From NCBI GenBank assembly GCA_046349655.1, contig JAXMBY010000051.1, forward strand, positions 1-48,797: 48,797 nt of DNA, given 5' to 3'. The notes under the pieces are model-generated. The model saw only the letters and a program-made list of their open reading frames with translations, was not told the origin of the DNA and made no database searches. Shown here piece after piece: positions 1 to 10,080 of the stretch (the stretch's first letter is position 1; the number at the start of each line of letters is the position of its first letter). The stretch is from Planctomycetota bacterium (lineage in GTDB: Bacteria > Planctomycetota > B15-G4 > JAXMBY01). The position numbers and the translations under genes are program-made.

Positions 1-1869
1 CATGACAACGCGGTCGGCTCGGTCATCCACGTCCTCAGGAACCGCAGCGACGGCAGCTTCGATCAGGCTGGTCAACTGACGATCGGCACCGCAGCGATCA
101 CCGATCTCGAGCTCGCCGATCTCGACGGCGACGGAGGCCTCGACCTGGCGCTCCATCTCCTGACCGAGTCTTTCGTGCGCGTGCTGAAGAACCAGGGCGA
201 CGGCAGCTTCGTCGCCGCGGGCACGTATGCGAGCGGCGGCGCGACCGACAGGCTCGCAACGGGAGATGTGGATGGCGATGGCGACCAGGATGTCGTTGCC
301 ATCAACTATTTCTTCAACCCACCCGAAAGCGAACTCGCGGTGCTGCTGAACGACGGTCAGGGTGCATTTGCCGCACCGAAGACCTACGCCGTGGGTGGCG
401 CGGTCCGCGATCTAGTCCTGAGCGATGTGGACCGCGACAGCGACCTGGACGCCGCGATCGCGGTAACCGACCTCGGTCGCATGAGCATCATGAAGAACCT
501 GGGTGGAGGCGTCTTCGGCGGCAAGGTGGACTATGCGATCGGCATGTCTCCATTTGTGGTGACCGCAGCCGACCTGGACGCCGACGGCGACGATGATCTC
601 GCCAGCGTTGGGGTCGGCACCGATCTCACCGACCTGGTCGTGCTGCGCAATCAGGGCACCGGCTCGTTTGCGATCGAGGGGTATCCCGTCGGGCAGAGTG
701 GCGAGGTACCGAACGCCATCATCGCTCGGGACATCGATCGCGAGCATGGCGTCGATCTGCTCGTGGTGACCGATACCGGCGCCCATCTCCAGCGCAACCA
801 GGGCGACGGCATCTTCGTGCGGCTGACCTATTTCGGTCCAGACACCCGCTTGCAAGCCGGCAAAGCGGCCGATCTCGATCGCGACGGTGACCAGGACGTC
901 ATCGCGTCGCCATACAACGATGACTCCCTGCTGGTTCTGCACAACGACGGCCATGGCACTTTCACCAAAGTGCAAGAGCAGACGGTGAACGGCACGGACT
1001 TGCGGCTCGCGCTCGCGGATCTCAATCGCGACGGCGACGTCGATTGCGTGGCCAAGGTGCGGACGACGCGCGAAGTGGCGGTGCTCCTCAACCGGGGCGA
1101 CGGCACGCTCGATGACCCCGCGAGCTATGTCACTGGCAGAGGACTCGCCGACATCGCCCTCGGCGACCTCGATGGCGATGGCGATGTGGACGTGGTGACC
1201 GCCCATTCGGAGTCGACGCCTCCGACGCTGAAGGCGGTGGGCGTGCTGCACAACCTCGGCGATGGGACCTTGGCGGGCGAATCGCTCGTCTGGTCCGCCA
1301 ACTCCGGAGTGATCCGTGTGGTGCTGGGTGACCTCGACCTGGACGGTGACCTCGACATCATCGCCAGCCAGGACGGGGCCTTCGCGTGGCTCAGGAACGA
1401 CGGACAGGGCAACTTCCCTTCCGTGGCGTTGATACCCACGCTGCGATACTTGAGTGCTTTGACGATCGCCGACGTGGACCGCGATCCGTACCCGGATGTC
1501 ATCGCGGTCGGCGCCGACACCAACCCGGGAAACTGGGCGACCGTTCACCTCAACCATGGGGACGAAACGTTCGGCCGCAGCGATTACCCTGCGAAGCTGC
1601 CGTCGGATGTGACGGTCGCTGACGTCGACAACGATCTGAATCTGGATCTCATCGTCTCGGGTCCCGACGAAGTCTCCGTCTTCTTCAATGCGGGTGACGG
1701 GACCTTCGGCCTCGAGCATCTCTTCGGCGCCCTGGAGTATTGCCGCTCGACGATGACGGGCGATTTCGACGGAGACGGGCTGATGGATGCTGCCGCCGTT
1801 GGGGGCAGCAACGTGGTTGGTTACGCGAAGGGGCTATGGCTCCTGTGGCGGCGGGAGGACGTGCGATGA
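1..1869 (+). CDS. FG-GAP/VCBS-type beta-propeller repeat protein, 5'-partial (reading frame open from window start)
   Basis: Frame 1 is open from nt 1 to the TGA at 1867-1869. At least 9 Asp-rich Ca-binding-like loops repeat roughly every 55-60 aa (DVDGDGDQDVVAINY, DLDADGDDDLASVG, DLDRDGDQDVIAS, DLNRDGDVDCVAK, DLDGDGDVDVVTAH, DLDLDGDLDIIAS, DVDNDLNLDLIVSG, DFDGDGLMDAAAVG), the hallmark of FG-GAP/integrin-alpha repeats. Confidence 0.8.
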   Translation, partial: HDNAVGSVIHVLRNRSDGSFDQAGQLTIGTAAITDLELADLDGDGGLDLALHLLTESFVRVLKNQGDGSFVAAGTYASGGATDRLATGDVDGDGDQDVVAINYFFNPPESELAVLLNDGQGAFAAPKTYAVGGAVRDLVLSDVDRDSDLDAAIAVTDLGRMSIMKNLGGGVFGGKVDYAIGMSPFVVTAADLDADGDDDLASVGVGTDLTDLVVLRNQGTGSFAIEGYPVGQSGEVPNAIIARDIDREHGVDLLVVTDTGAHLQRNQGDGIFVRLTYFGPDTRLQAGKAADLDRDGDQDVIASPYNDDSLLVLHNDGHGTFTKVQEQTVNGTDLRLALADLNRDGDVDCVAKVRTTREVAVLLNRGDGTLDDPASYVTGRGLADIALGDLDGDGDVDVVTAHSESTPPTLKAVGVLHNLGDGTLAGESLVWSANSGVIRVVLGDLDLDGDLDIIASQDGAFAWLRNDGQGNFPSVALIPTLRYLSALTIADVDRDPYPDVIAVGADTNPGNWATVHLNHGDETFGRSDYPAKLPSDVTVADVDNDLNLDLIVSGPDEVSVFFNAGDGTFGLEHLFGALEYCRSTMTGDFDGDGLMDAAAVGGSNVVGYAKGLWLLWRREDVR

Positions 1870-3990
1870 GGGATCGTCATCTCACCTGGGGAAAGCGCAT
1901 GCCAATTTCCACCTCGCATCAGAGAGGTCACGTCTTACTTCCCGTTCTCGCCATGGCGGCAGCCGTGATCCTGCTCGTGTGCTCCCCACGGATCGCCTTG
2001 GCGCAGTCGAAGCGCCTGCCGGCACCGTGGGTCGAGACCGACCGCGCGGTCACGCAGAGCGACGTGTTCCTGATTCGCGGGCACGCCCCCGGCGCCGCGC
2101 GGGTCGAGATCGCTGGATCCGCGCACACGGAGCAGGTCGCCGTCCGGGACGGTCAGTTCGAGTCGGAGGTGCCGCTGCGACGGAACCGGACCAATCGGTT
2201 CTCTCTCACCAGCGTGAACCAGCGCGGCGTGCGCAGCGCGGCTCGCGTCATCTCGATCACCCAGGATCGCGAGCCGCCTGACCTGATCATCGATTACCCG
2301 CAACGCGACTGCGCCATCACCAGCGACGCCGTGGATGTGGTCGGTCGCGTGCGCGATGCGGGTGGCGGCGAGCCGCCGACCGTCGAGGTGAATGGCGTGA
2401 AGGCAGTGGTGCACATGCACCGCGAGGGCCTTGGCACGTTCTGCGCTTCGGCCGTTCCCGTTCGAGCTCGCACGAATGGCCCAGCGGGCCTGACGATCAC
2501 CGGCCACGACGCCCTCGGAAATGTCGTCCATCAACTGAGCAGGCTGCACGTGCAGGCGATGCGCTCCTGGATCGAGGTGGTGGGCGGCAGCGGCCAGACG
2601 GCCACGGTGATGGAGCCGCTCAGCAATCCGATCCGCGTGCGCGTGTGGAAGAGCCCTGGTGTGCCATTTGCCAACAAGCTCGTGACATTCACGGTCACGC
2701 GCAGTGATGGACGCGTGGCGGCTGACTCGTCGACTGCCCCGGGCGCGATCACGCTGCAGGTGTTCACGGACACGAGTGGCATCGCTACGGCGTACTGGAC
2801 GCTGGGAGGCGCAGCGGGCGCGGGCAATAATGTGGTGGTAGCGACCTCGGAAGGCATGGGCGGACAGGCGGTGGTCGTGGCCTCGGCAACTCCGGGCGCG
2901 ATCCAGAAGATCGGCGTGAGCGCCGGAGATGCGCAGCGCGTGCAGACCGATGCACCGGCGGCGGAGCCCCTTGTCGCGTGGGTGAACGACGGATGCAATG
3001 GCATCGCGGGGGTACCGGTCACCTTCCGCGTGACCGCTGGCTCGGGAACCGTCGATGGTGGCAACGAAGTGACCATCCCCACCGACGATTCGGGACACGC
3101 GTCGGCCACCTTCGTCACGGGTCCGGAGCCCGGAAACCAGCTCGTGGAGGCGAACTACGAAGGCAACGCGGGTCTCCCGGCAACGTTCGTCGTCCATGCC
3201 GTGGCAGCAACCGGGCCCGCCACGCGCTTCGAGGGCGTGGTGGTGGACCACGCCAACCAGCCGATCCGGAACGTGGGGTGCACGCTCGTCGTCGGCGCAT
3301 GGCAGAGCTCCGTGATGACCGACATCGACGGCCACTTCTTGATCGACGACATTGCCGGCTCGGGTCTGGGCAAGCTCTCGATCCAGGGCAGCAGCGGTGA
3401 CTTCGTGGGTGGTCCTGACGGTGCACCGGTTCCTCCCGGGACCTTCCCCGACGCCTCGTTCGAACCCATCGTCGTCGCGAATGCGACCAACACGCTCCCC
3501 TCGCCGGTGATCCTGCCACGCCTCGATCCGGCGAATCGACGCGATTACGACACCACCCAGGACGTGGTGCTCGAGTGCGCCGGGGTGGAAGGCCTCATGC
3601 TGGTCGTGAAGGCGGGCACCACGGTGACACTGCCGGATGGCACGGAGGCGAGCCCCGAGCGACCGGTCACGCTCTCGGTCGATCAGGTGCACTTCGACCA
3701 GCTGCGCGTCCCGGTCGGCGATGGCGCCGGGCCGGCCCTGGCGTGGACCGTCGAGCCAGAGGGAACCACGTTCGAGCCGCCGATGGTCCTGCAGCAGCCG
3801 AACCTGCTCGGCCTGCCTCCAGGCGCCTGGGTGAACCTCTTGCAGCTCGATCCTGAGCTCGGTCGCTTTACCGCCGTGGGGATGATGCGAGTGAGCACCG
3901 ATGGCTTGGTCATCGAGAGCGAGGACCCGACCGTCAACCTGTTTGGCGGAGGGCAAGAGGAGTCCGTGAGCACGCGCGTCATCTGTCCAC
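1866..3990 (+). CDS. Intact N-terminal portion of the secreted Big/CarboxypepD_reg-domain protein (before the first frameshift)
   Basis: ~700 aa continuous ORF after the signal peptide. Beta-rich repeats of the TFRVTAGSGTVDGGNEVTIPTDDSGHASATFVTGPEPG type (bacterial Ig-like) and FEGVVVDHANQPIRNVGCTLVVG...TDIDGHFLID (carboxypeptidase regulatory-like). The residues after ~3990 in this frame become Arg-rich nonsense. Confidence 0.7.
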
Positions 3991-4828
3991 CCTATGGGCC
4001 CCGGCAGGCGTCTCAGCAATGTCGGAGTGAACCTGCTCGTCGACACCGATTTCGACGGCTACCTGACGTTGGTCGACCAGGTGCTCGAGGATTTTCCGCC
4101 CGGCGCCATCGTCGCATTCAACGACGACGACGATGACGGCGACGGGGTCATGGATGCCTCGAGTCGGAGGGGGTGCCAGGTGAAGACGACCTCATCGCGA
4201 TGAGCGTCAGCATCTCCCCTGACAATCCTTCGAACGAGTCATGGCGGCTCGTGTTTCCAGACAAGGTGCGGGTCTGGCTAGATGAAGAGCGTGTCGGCGA
4301 GATCCTGAGCGGGACGCAGTATGCGCTCCCTGCCCGGACCTGCTCTTCATCGAAGGTGTGGCGACCAGTGCCACGCCCGGCGATTGCCTCATCGAATTGC
4401 ACCTCGTCGGGAGTGGTGGTACCGTGAAGGCGTTCGATACCGTTCGCGTGACCGTGTGCAGCATCGACTTCATCGAGGATCCCCTCGCCGTCTACGGCTA
4501 CGATGACTTCTTCGCGCCGGGGGCCACCACATCGAACCGCCACCTGCGAACGACTTCATCTCGCTGCGCAGCGGGTCCGCGGGTCACACGTACTCGACGA
4601 CCTGCCTCGTCGACGTGCTGCCGGCAGGCATCGAGCCGTGGCTGCACTTCCTGGTGCCGGAGTGTGTCACGGTGACGCCGGAGATCCTCACGCCTGACCA
4701 CATCCTGATATTGACGAGCCCACCGGACGGCACCTGTTACGTCTCCACGATCGAGTGCCGCCTTGGGTCCGTCTACGGGCGCCGGTTGAGGCACCTCGAG
4801 TGTCAGTTGTACCCGGAGGCTCGTCCCG

Positions 4829-5593
4829 ATGGTCACGTTCTTCCGGGTCCACGACAGCCAGTCGGGAAAGGACACCACCGTACCCCCTGCCGCCAACGCG
4901 GACGGGGAGGAGATCCACGCGTTCCTGAATGCCACGTGGAAGCAGGTGGTGCTGAAGAACGGTGCGGTCGATGCGTATCCGGACGTGGATCTCCCCTACG
5001 ACGAGAACGACAACGGCCTCCTCGACTACTACGCCACGGGTGAGAACCCCGAGTTCGAAGCCCTGCAGACTCTTGCAGGCGAGAATCGCGCCGTCCTCGT
5101 CCGAGAGTTCGCGATGCGCTACCGTCTCGCAGCCGACGGCTTGGCCGGTCAGAACTTCGTCGAGCTGGAGCCATCGGCCATGAACGAGTTCATGCAGCCG
5201 GGGCAGCACATCGCCTTGGCTGGCGGAGGCGTCGCCGACGAGTATACGGTCGTCGCTCAGCCAGGTGATGACAACAAGCTCTATCTCGCACCGCCGCTGC
5301 TCTACGATTACGACAAGACGCTGTTCCTCGTGGGATGGGTGAGCATCGACGGCCTCTCGACGGATCCGATCATCATGGGGAACTTCGACACCAAAGAGCG
5401 CTTGCTCCACGTATTGACCCATGAGCTCTGTCACTGGCCGTCCGTGGCCGGGCTCGCCGACGTCTCGGATGAAAACGAGGACAACCTCATGTCGAGGGCC
5501 GTTGGGACGAAGCTGCGCGCTCGCGAGATCAAGCTCAGGTATGAGAGCGATGCCAGGGAATCACAATGGTTGACGACCGACCTCCATCGATGA
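4829..5593 (+). CDS. C-terminal fragment of the frameshifted gene; putative zincin-like metallopeptidase module (HExxH)
   Basis: ORF in frame 2 ending at TGA 5591-5593. It contains VLTHELCHW (HExxH) followed by an acidic stretch DENEDN that could provide the third zinc ligand (gluzincin-like). The assignment is weak. Confidence 0.45.
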   Translation: MVTFFRVHDSQSGKDTTVPPAANADGEEIHAFLNATWKQVVLKNGAVDAYPDVDLPYDENDNGLLDYYATGENPEFEALQTLAGENRAVLVREFAMRYRLAADGLAGQNFVELEPSAMNEFMQPGQHIALAGGGVADEYTVVAQPGDDNKLYLAPPLLYDYDKTLFLVGWVSIDGLSTDPIIMGNFDTKERLLHVLTHELCHWPSVAGLADVSDENEDNLMSRAVGTKLRAREIKLRYESDARESQWLTTDLHR

Positions 5594-5626
5594 GCACTAG
5601 CGCCTGCTAGCGCGACGAGGCCTCTC

Positions 5627-6568
5627 ATGGGCGCATACGGACTGCTGCTGGTGTTGTGCTGGTTTACTTCCTCGTTCTTACCTCCGTCGCAGCGTGATGC
5701 GGCCGCATTCCTGCACGCGCACGGCGATGAGCTGGTCGCGTGGAGCGAGACCAGCCACTTCGGTCTCGCGAAGAGCGTTCCGAGCAAGCTCGCGCGATTG
5801 CGGAATGCCGACTCCGACGGGTTGCTCGAGACGCTCATCGTTCTGAGCGAGGTGGATCGACACTTCGACGCAGCGGCGGGCCCCGGCTCCTGGATCGCGA
5901 GTCCCCTGGTTCTCGAAGGTCTCGTGCATGCGCTATGCGACCCGTCGGCGACCGTGACCAACTATGCCATGGAGCAGCTCTGGGAACGAGGCAGGCCGAC
6001 CGCGCTCCAACCCTTCGCCAAAGAGCTCTGCGAGGCTTGGCCTCGGTTGCAGGACGAGCGCATCCTGTGCATGCTCGGCGCCTTGCAGGGCGAGCGCGCC
6101 ATGTCCTACCTTGCGCAGGTCGGGGACTTGCCGCGAGCCGTTCGCGCGCGGCGTGATCCGAAGCAAGCTCAGGCCCTCCTGGACGAGTTCGCGCACGAGC
6201 AAGAGGGCTCGAAGAAGGCGAAGCTCGCGGCCGAGCTCGGCTACGTCGGCTCGTCGGACGCGGTGCGCGCCCTGGTGAGCGCATTGCGTTCTCCGGTCGT
6301 GCTCGTGGCCGGCCTCGAAACCACCTCGCTGCGCTATCACGTCTTACGCGCCCTGCGGCGCGCCTTTCCCGATGAGCCGCTCTTTGGAGACGAGCTCGAA
6401 CGCGTCGTGATGCGTACCAAGAACGTCGCGTCGCCGATTCGCGCCGAAGCGCAAAGCGACCATTACTTCGAGCGCGTGGAGACCTGGTGCCAAGAGCGCT
6501 TTCCTGGTCGCTTGTGGTCAGAGCCCAGGCCGGAATTCCTTCTCGTGAACGTCAAGGTCGTCCACTGA
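5627..6568 (+). CDS. Hypothetical protein with HEAT/PBS-lyase-like alpha-helical repeats
   Basis: 313-aa ORF. Repeated helical units with the Gly-x-x-x-Ala-x-x-Ala-L pattern (ILCMLGALQGERAMSYL, AAELGYVGSSDAVRALVSAL, LRYHVLRALRRAF) resemble HEAT-like repeats. N-terminal hydrophobic stretch. Confidence 0.55.
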   Translation: MGAYGLLLVLCWFTSSFLPPSQRDAAAFLHAHGDELVAWSETSHFGLAKSVPSKLARLRNADSDGLLETLIVLSEVDRHFDAAAGPGSWIASPLVLEGLVHALCDPSATVTNYAMEQLWERGRPTALQPFAKELCEAWPRLQDERILCMLGALQGERAMSYLAQVGDLPRAVRARRDPKQAQALLDEFAHEQEGSKKAKLAAELGYVGSSDAVRALVSALRSPVVLVAGLETTSLRYHVLRALRRAFPDEPLFGDELERVVMRTKNVASPIRAEAQSDHYFERVETWCQERFPGRLWSEPRPEFLLVNVKVVH

Positions 6569-6845
6569 CCCAGACTGTTCGTCATGTCATCCCGAGATAG
6601 CGAGCGTACTCGACGGCAGCGGTTCGCGAGTGACTCGCGAAGCTGGTGACGAGGAGTTGCCGAGGGTCGAACTCCCTCATGGCCAGGCTAGTTCCGCTGG
6701 CCCCGACACTTCCCTTCCCCCATCGGTGCAACGTGGGACGGGATCTCCTGATCGACGGGAGGGGAGGCGCGCGCGACCGGATTCGCTCGGGCGCCGCATC
6801 TGGTAGACTGACGGGGCCACGTTTCACCAACAAGCGGAGTGGCCC

Positions 6846-8747
6846 ATGCTCGAACCCGTGCGAGCCATTGTCCGGCCGCGCGTACGGTCGCCCCTGAGCG
6901 ACGAAGCCCTCCCGCTCGACGACGAGATCATCTCGCTCCTCGAGCGCGGGACGACGGGAATCGTCTGGCTGGTCGGCGGCCCCGGGTCGGGAAAGACAAC
7001 GGCCCTTTCGCACCTCGCGGCTGTGCTGCCGCCTTCCGGGAACGTGATGCTCTGCGACACCGAGGCGTTGCGGCCCCCGGAACCGGACAAGCTGTTCATC
7101 GGTTGCGGCGACGAGAAGGTCATTCCCCGGAATGCACTCGTCTACCGACTGGTCCCGTGGGGAGAAGATGAGATCATCGAGTACCTGCTGGGTGCGCATC
7201 GCGACCGCTGCCACTCGGTCATGCGCCGATGCGCGGAGAACAGACAACTCCTGCGCGGGAATCCCGAGCTGTGGCGGCACGTGCTCGACATCCTCGCGGC
7301 TGATGGGAGCATTGCGACGGTCAGAGAAGGACTGCGGCGGTTGATAGAAACGCAGTTTCCCTCAGGACCCGACCGGCGTCCCGTTGCGAATGCCTTGTTG
7401 ACAGTCCTTGCAGGTGCTGCCGAACTGAGGGCCAGGTACGGATACGGATTCGATCCCGGATGGCAAACCACACCGTGGCATCGACTGTTGTCGCTGGAGC
7501 CGATCCCCTCGCTGCTGGCAGCCGAGCGACTCGCCGAGCTCCTGCGGGCGGAAGAGCCTTGTCCCTTCCTTGGGCATCGCCTTCCTCGCGATCTCGTTCA
7601 GGAAACGGCCGCGCTGATCGGCGACGACTTGCAGGCACTCGAGCGCCTGAAGAGCGTGCTGGCGGCAAGCGACCAGCCGCCCCAGCCGATGGCCGCCAGT
7701 CTGCTTCATGCGGCGCGCGTGGGCTGGCGTCCGAGCCCAAAGACATTCCCGGCTTCGTGGCCGTTCCGTCGCCAGAGGATCGTCGTGCCCCGGCTCACCG
7801 GAGCCTTTCTGGATGGCGCCGCATGGCCGGGCGTCTCGCTCTCCGGGCTGGACCTGAGACAGGCTGATCTGAATGCCGCTGACCTGTCGGAGGCAAATCT
7901 CGATGACAGCGACGCAACCTCTGCGAATCTGTCCTGTGCGAAGCTCGCGGGAGCGAGCCTGCTGCGGTGGCGCGCTCCTCACGCCTGCCTCGGCCGAGCC
8001 GACCTCTCCTATGTTCGTGCGACGCAAGCGGAGTTCCAGTGGGTCGACGCGCGAGAGGCCTGCTTCGAAGGAGCGCTCCTGACCGGCGCTGCATTTCATG
8101 GTGCGCAGCTCAACGCCGCCAGGTTCGTTCGGGCGAACATGGACACTGCCGATCTCCTCGGGGCGCAGATCAACGGAGCCGACTTCTCTTACGCCGAGCT
8201 TCGTGGCGCTCGACTGACAGGGCTGGTCTTGCGAGTCGCCGACTTTCGTCAATGCAGTTTCCGGCAGGCGGTGCTGCAGAAGTGTGACCTGGAAGGCATG
8301 AATCTACCGGGCGCTGATTTCGGCGAAGCAAACCTGAGAGGCGCCTTGCTCACGGGCACGTCGATGCCGGGAGCCAATTTTTACAAGGCGATCCTCGTCA
8401 AAGCCGGGCTGGCCGACGTCGACTGGGAGAACGCCGATCTCCGGCTCGCCGATCTGCGTGGCGTGTCGTTCCACATGGGCTCGAGTCGCAGCGGCCTGGT
8501 CGCCAGCTCGATTGCATCGCTCGGGACCCGGACCGGATTCTACACCGACGAATACAACGAACAGGACTTCCGAGCGCCGGAGGAAATCCGCAAAGCCAAC
8601 CTGCGCGGCGCCGACCTGCGAGGCGCACAGGTCGAGGGCGCCGACTTCTACCTCGTCGACCTGCGGGATGCCCGTTACCACCCGCACCAGGAACGGCACT
8701 TCCGAAGCTGCGGAGCCATTCTGGAATCGCGCGTGCGCGGAGATTGA
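6846..8747 (+). CDS. P-loop NTPase (STAND/NACHT-like N-terminal domain) fused to a C-terminal pentapeptide-repeat domain
   Basis: Walker A GGPGSGKTT at aa ~45. From aa ~330 onward there are ~300 aa of tandem A(D/N)LxxA pentapeptide repeats (LSGLDLRQADLNAADLSEANLDDSDATSANLSCAKLAGASL...NLRGADLRGAQVEGADFYLVDLRDA). Confidence 0.75.
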   Translation: MLEPVRAIVRPRVRSPLSDEALPLDDEIISLLERGTTGIVWLVGGPGSGKTTALSHLAAVLPPSGNVMLCDTEALRPPEPDKLFIGCGDEKVIPRNALVYRLVPWGEDEIIEYLLGAHRDRCHSVMRRCAENRQLLRGNPELWRHVLDILAADGSIATVREGLRRLIETQFPSGPDRRPVANALLTVLAGAAELRARYGYGFDPGWQTTPWHRLLSLEPIPSLLAAERLAELLRAEEPCPFLGHRLPRDLVQETAALIGDDLQALERLKSVLAASDQPPQPMAASLLHAARVGWRPSPKTFPASWPFRRQRIVVPRLTGAFLDGAAWPGVSLSGLDLRQADLNAADLSEANLDDSDATSANLSCAKLAGASLLRWRAPHACLGRADLSYVRATQAEFQWVDAREACFEGALLTGAAFHGAQLNAARFVRANMDTADLLGAQINGADFSYAELRGARLTGLVLRVADFRQCSFRQAVLQKCDLEGMNLPGADFGEANLRGALLTGTSMPGANFYKAILVKAGLADVDWENADLRLADLRGVSFHMGSSRSGLVASSIASLGTRTGFYTDEYNEQDFRAPEEIRKANLRGADLRGAQVEGADFYLVDLRDARYHPHQERHFRSCGAILESRVRGD

Positions 8748-8850
8748 CGGTGGGAGGAGCCGCGCAGGCAGCGGGAATGAGAGCGCGGTCGACCGGGCGA
8801 CGCGCGACGCGGGCGCCCGCACTTGAACGCGGTCGCTCGTGGCGCACGCC

Positions 8851-10080
8851 TCACAGATCGACCCGCGCATCGAACAACAGCGACGCATCGTTGCGCGACA
8901 TCGTGAGCAGCAGCGTCGAGAACGTGCGCGCGACGGTGCCCTGGAAACGTTGTGCGCCGTTCACGTTGATGGTGACCGGCTTGCTCAAGTCGACCACTGG
9001 CGCGCCGAGCAGGATCGACAGCCCCTTCAAGTCCTTGGGGTCGTTGAGCACGGCGACGTCGATCACGTTCCCCTCCTTGGCCTCGACCTTCAAGATGGCG
9101 CCGCGACGCGGCTTGTGCCAGTACAGCCAGTAGAAGTGCTTCTTCCAGTCGAGCACCGGCTGCCACAGGATGGTCTTGGGTCGCGCGTTGCGCTCGTGCT
9201 TGGCGAGCCACTGCAGCGAGGGCATGTAGCCCTCCTGGGGCGCACCATGACCGCGCCCATTCACCTCCTCGTACTGGAAGTCGAAGCCGCCGGGGTGCGC
9301 GGCCTTCCATCGCAACAGCTCCTGATTCGCGAACACGTTGGTGGCTGGTGGCACCTGCGGGTCATCGAGGCTCTGGTAGATGTGCAGCGGCAGGTTGCAG
9401 AGGCTTGGAATGACACCATCGACGATGCCCACGACCGACTGATCGGTGGGTGACTTGAACAGCGGACTCGGCGCTCCTGCGTAGGGTGCAGCGCCGGCAA
9501 ACACGTCGGCATGATGCGCACCGAGCGTCCACGAACCATAGCCGCCCATGCTGTGCCCGGTGATGTAGATGTGATTGGGATCCACGCGGCCGGTGTGCTT
9601 GGCGGCCTCGATCAGCTGCATCACGAACTCCTCGGTGCCCGAATCGGTCCAGCCGTGCTCGGTCTTCTCCAGCACCTCGGGGAACAGCCAGAACCAGCCA
9701 CCGCCGCCCATCGCGCCGGCAGCGCTCTCGGCGTCGCCCGATCCCGCGCCGCCGCCATGCAGGCCGATGAACAACACTTTTCCCGGCTTGCCATCGACGA
9801 TGTACTTGCCGCGTCGAGCGCTCTCGTCCAGCAGGTAGTTGATGTACTGCGAGTACTTGAGCCTGCTGCCCGCGGCGTTCACGATCTTGAGGATCTCGGC
9901 GCGCAGCCTGTCGAGCTCCTTGTCCTTGAGCGGCTGGAGCTCGTCGTCGAACCGCGAGCGCATGCGCGCTTGCTCGGCCTCGTCTGCGGCAAGGTAGCTC
10001 TTGATGGTGTCCTCGAGCGCCTTGCCCTTCGGCGGGGCGGCATCGCCCGCCAGCGTGAGCATCAGAGCTGCTGCCAACAT
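8851..10080 (-). CDS. Secreted alpha/beta-hydrolase-fold esterase (phospholipase/carboxylesterase or PHB-depolymerase-like) with a C-terminal extension
   Basis: Signal-peptide-like N-terminus MLAAALMLTLAGDAAPP. LFIGLHGGGAG oxyanion region. GHSMGG nucleophile elbow (GxSxG). ~120-aa extra C-terminal domain. Confidence 0.7.
   Translation of the reverse strand: MLAAALMLTLAGDAAPPKGKALEDTIKSYLAADEAEQARMRSRFDDELQPLKDKELDRLRAEILKIVNAAGSRLKYSQYINYLLDESARRGKYIVDGKPGKVLFIGLHGGGAGSGDAESAAGAMGGGGWFWLFPEVLEKTEHGWTDSGTEEFVMQLIEAAKHTGRVDPNHIYITGHSMGGYGSWTLGAHHADVFAGAAPYAGAPSPLFKSPTDQSVVGIVDGVIPSLCNLPLHIYQSLDDPQVPPATNVFANQELLRWKAAHPGGFDFQYEEVNGRGHGAPQEGYMPSLQWLAKHERNARPKTILWQPVLDWKKHFYWLYWHKPRRGAILKVEAKEGNVIDVAVLNDPKDLKGLSILLGAPVVDLSKPVTINVNGAQRFQGTVARTFSTLLLTMSRNDASLLFDARVDL

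Larger units (their letters stand above)
1866..5593 (+). pseudogene. Large secreted multidomain protein interrupted by >=5 frameshifts: signal peptide, Ig-like/Big and carboxypeptidase-regulatory-like beta domains, C-terminal HExxH zincin-like module
   Basis: ATG 1866 overlaps the upstream stop (ATGA). Signal-peptide-like N-terminus MRDRHLTWGKRMPISTSH...VILLVCSPRIALAQS. A sensible polypeptide can be followed only by switching frames near 3990, 4190, 4400, 4640 and 4840 (ORF fragments 1740-4136 f0, 3994-4203 f1, 4173-4427 f0, 4358-4675 f2, 4615-5043 f1, 4829-5593 f2). HELCH motif at ~5420. Confidence 0.6.

Noticed and set aside
412-4046. Very long antisense ORFs opposite real genes (412-1719 -, 1935-4046 -; also 24528-26480 -, 44581-46122 -, 19937-20695 -)
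   Set aside because: The translations are Arg/Ala/Pro/Gly-rich with no motifs, as expected for stop-codon-poor antisense frames in ~70% GC DNA. The sense-strand genes have clear domain signatures.
6582-7280. 232-aa ORF on the minus strand overlapping the start of the NTPase gene
   Set aside because: It is antisense to a gene with a clear Walker A motif, has a compositionally biased translation, and has no RBS or start context.
8800-8820. Palindrome gcgggcgcccgc between the convergent NTPase and esterase genes as a terminator
   Set aside because: A 6-bp stem with no loop is too short to call. Possibly just GC-rich sequence.
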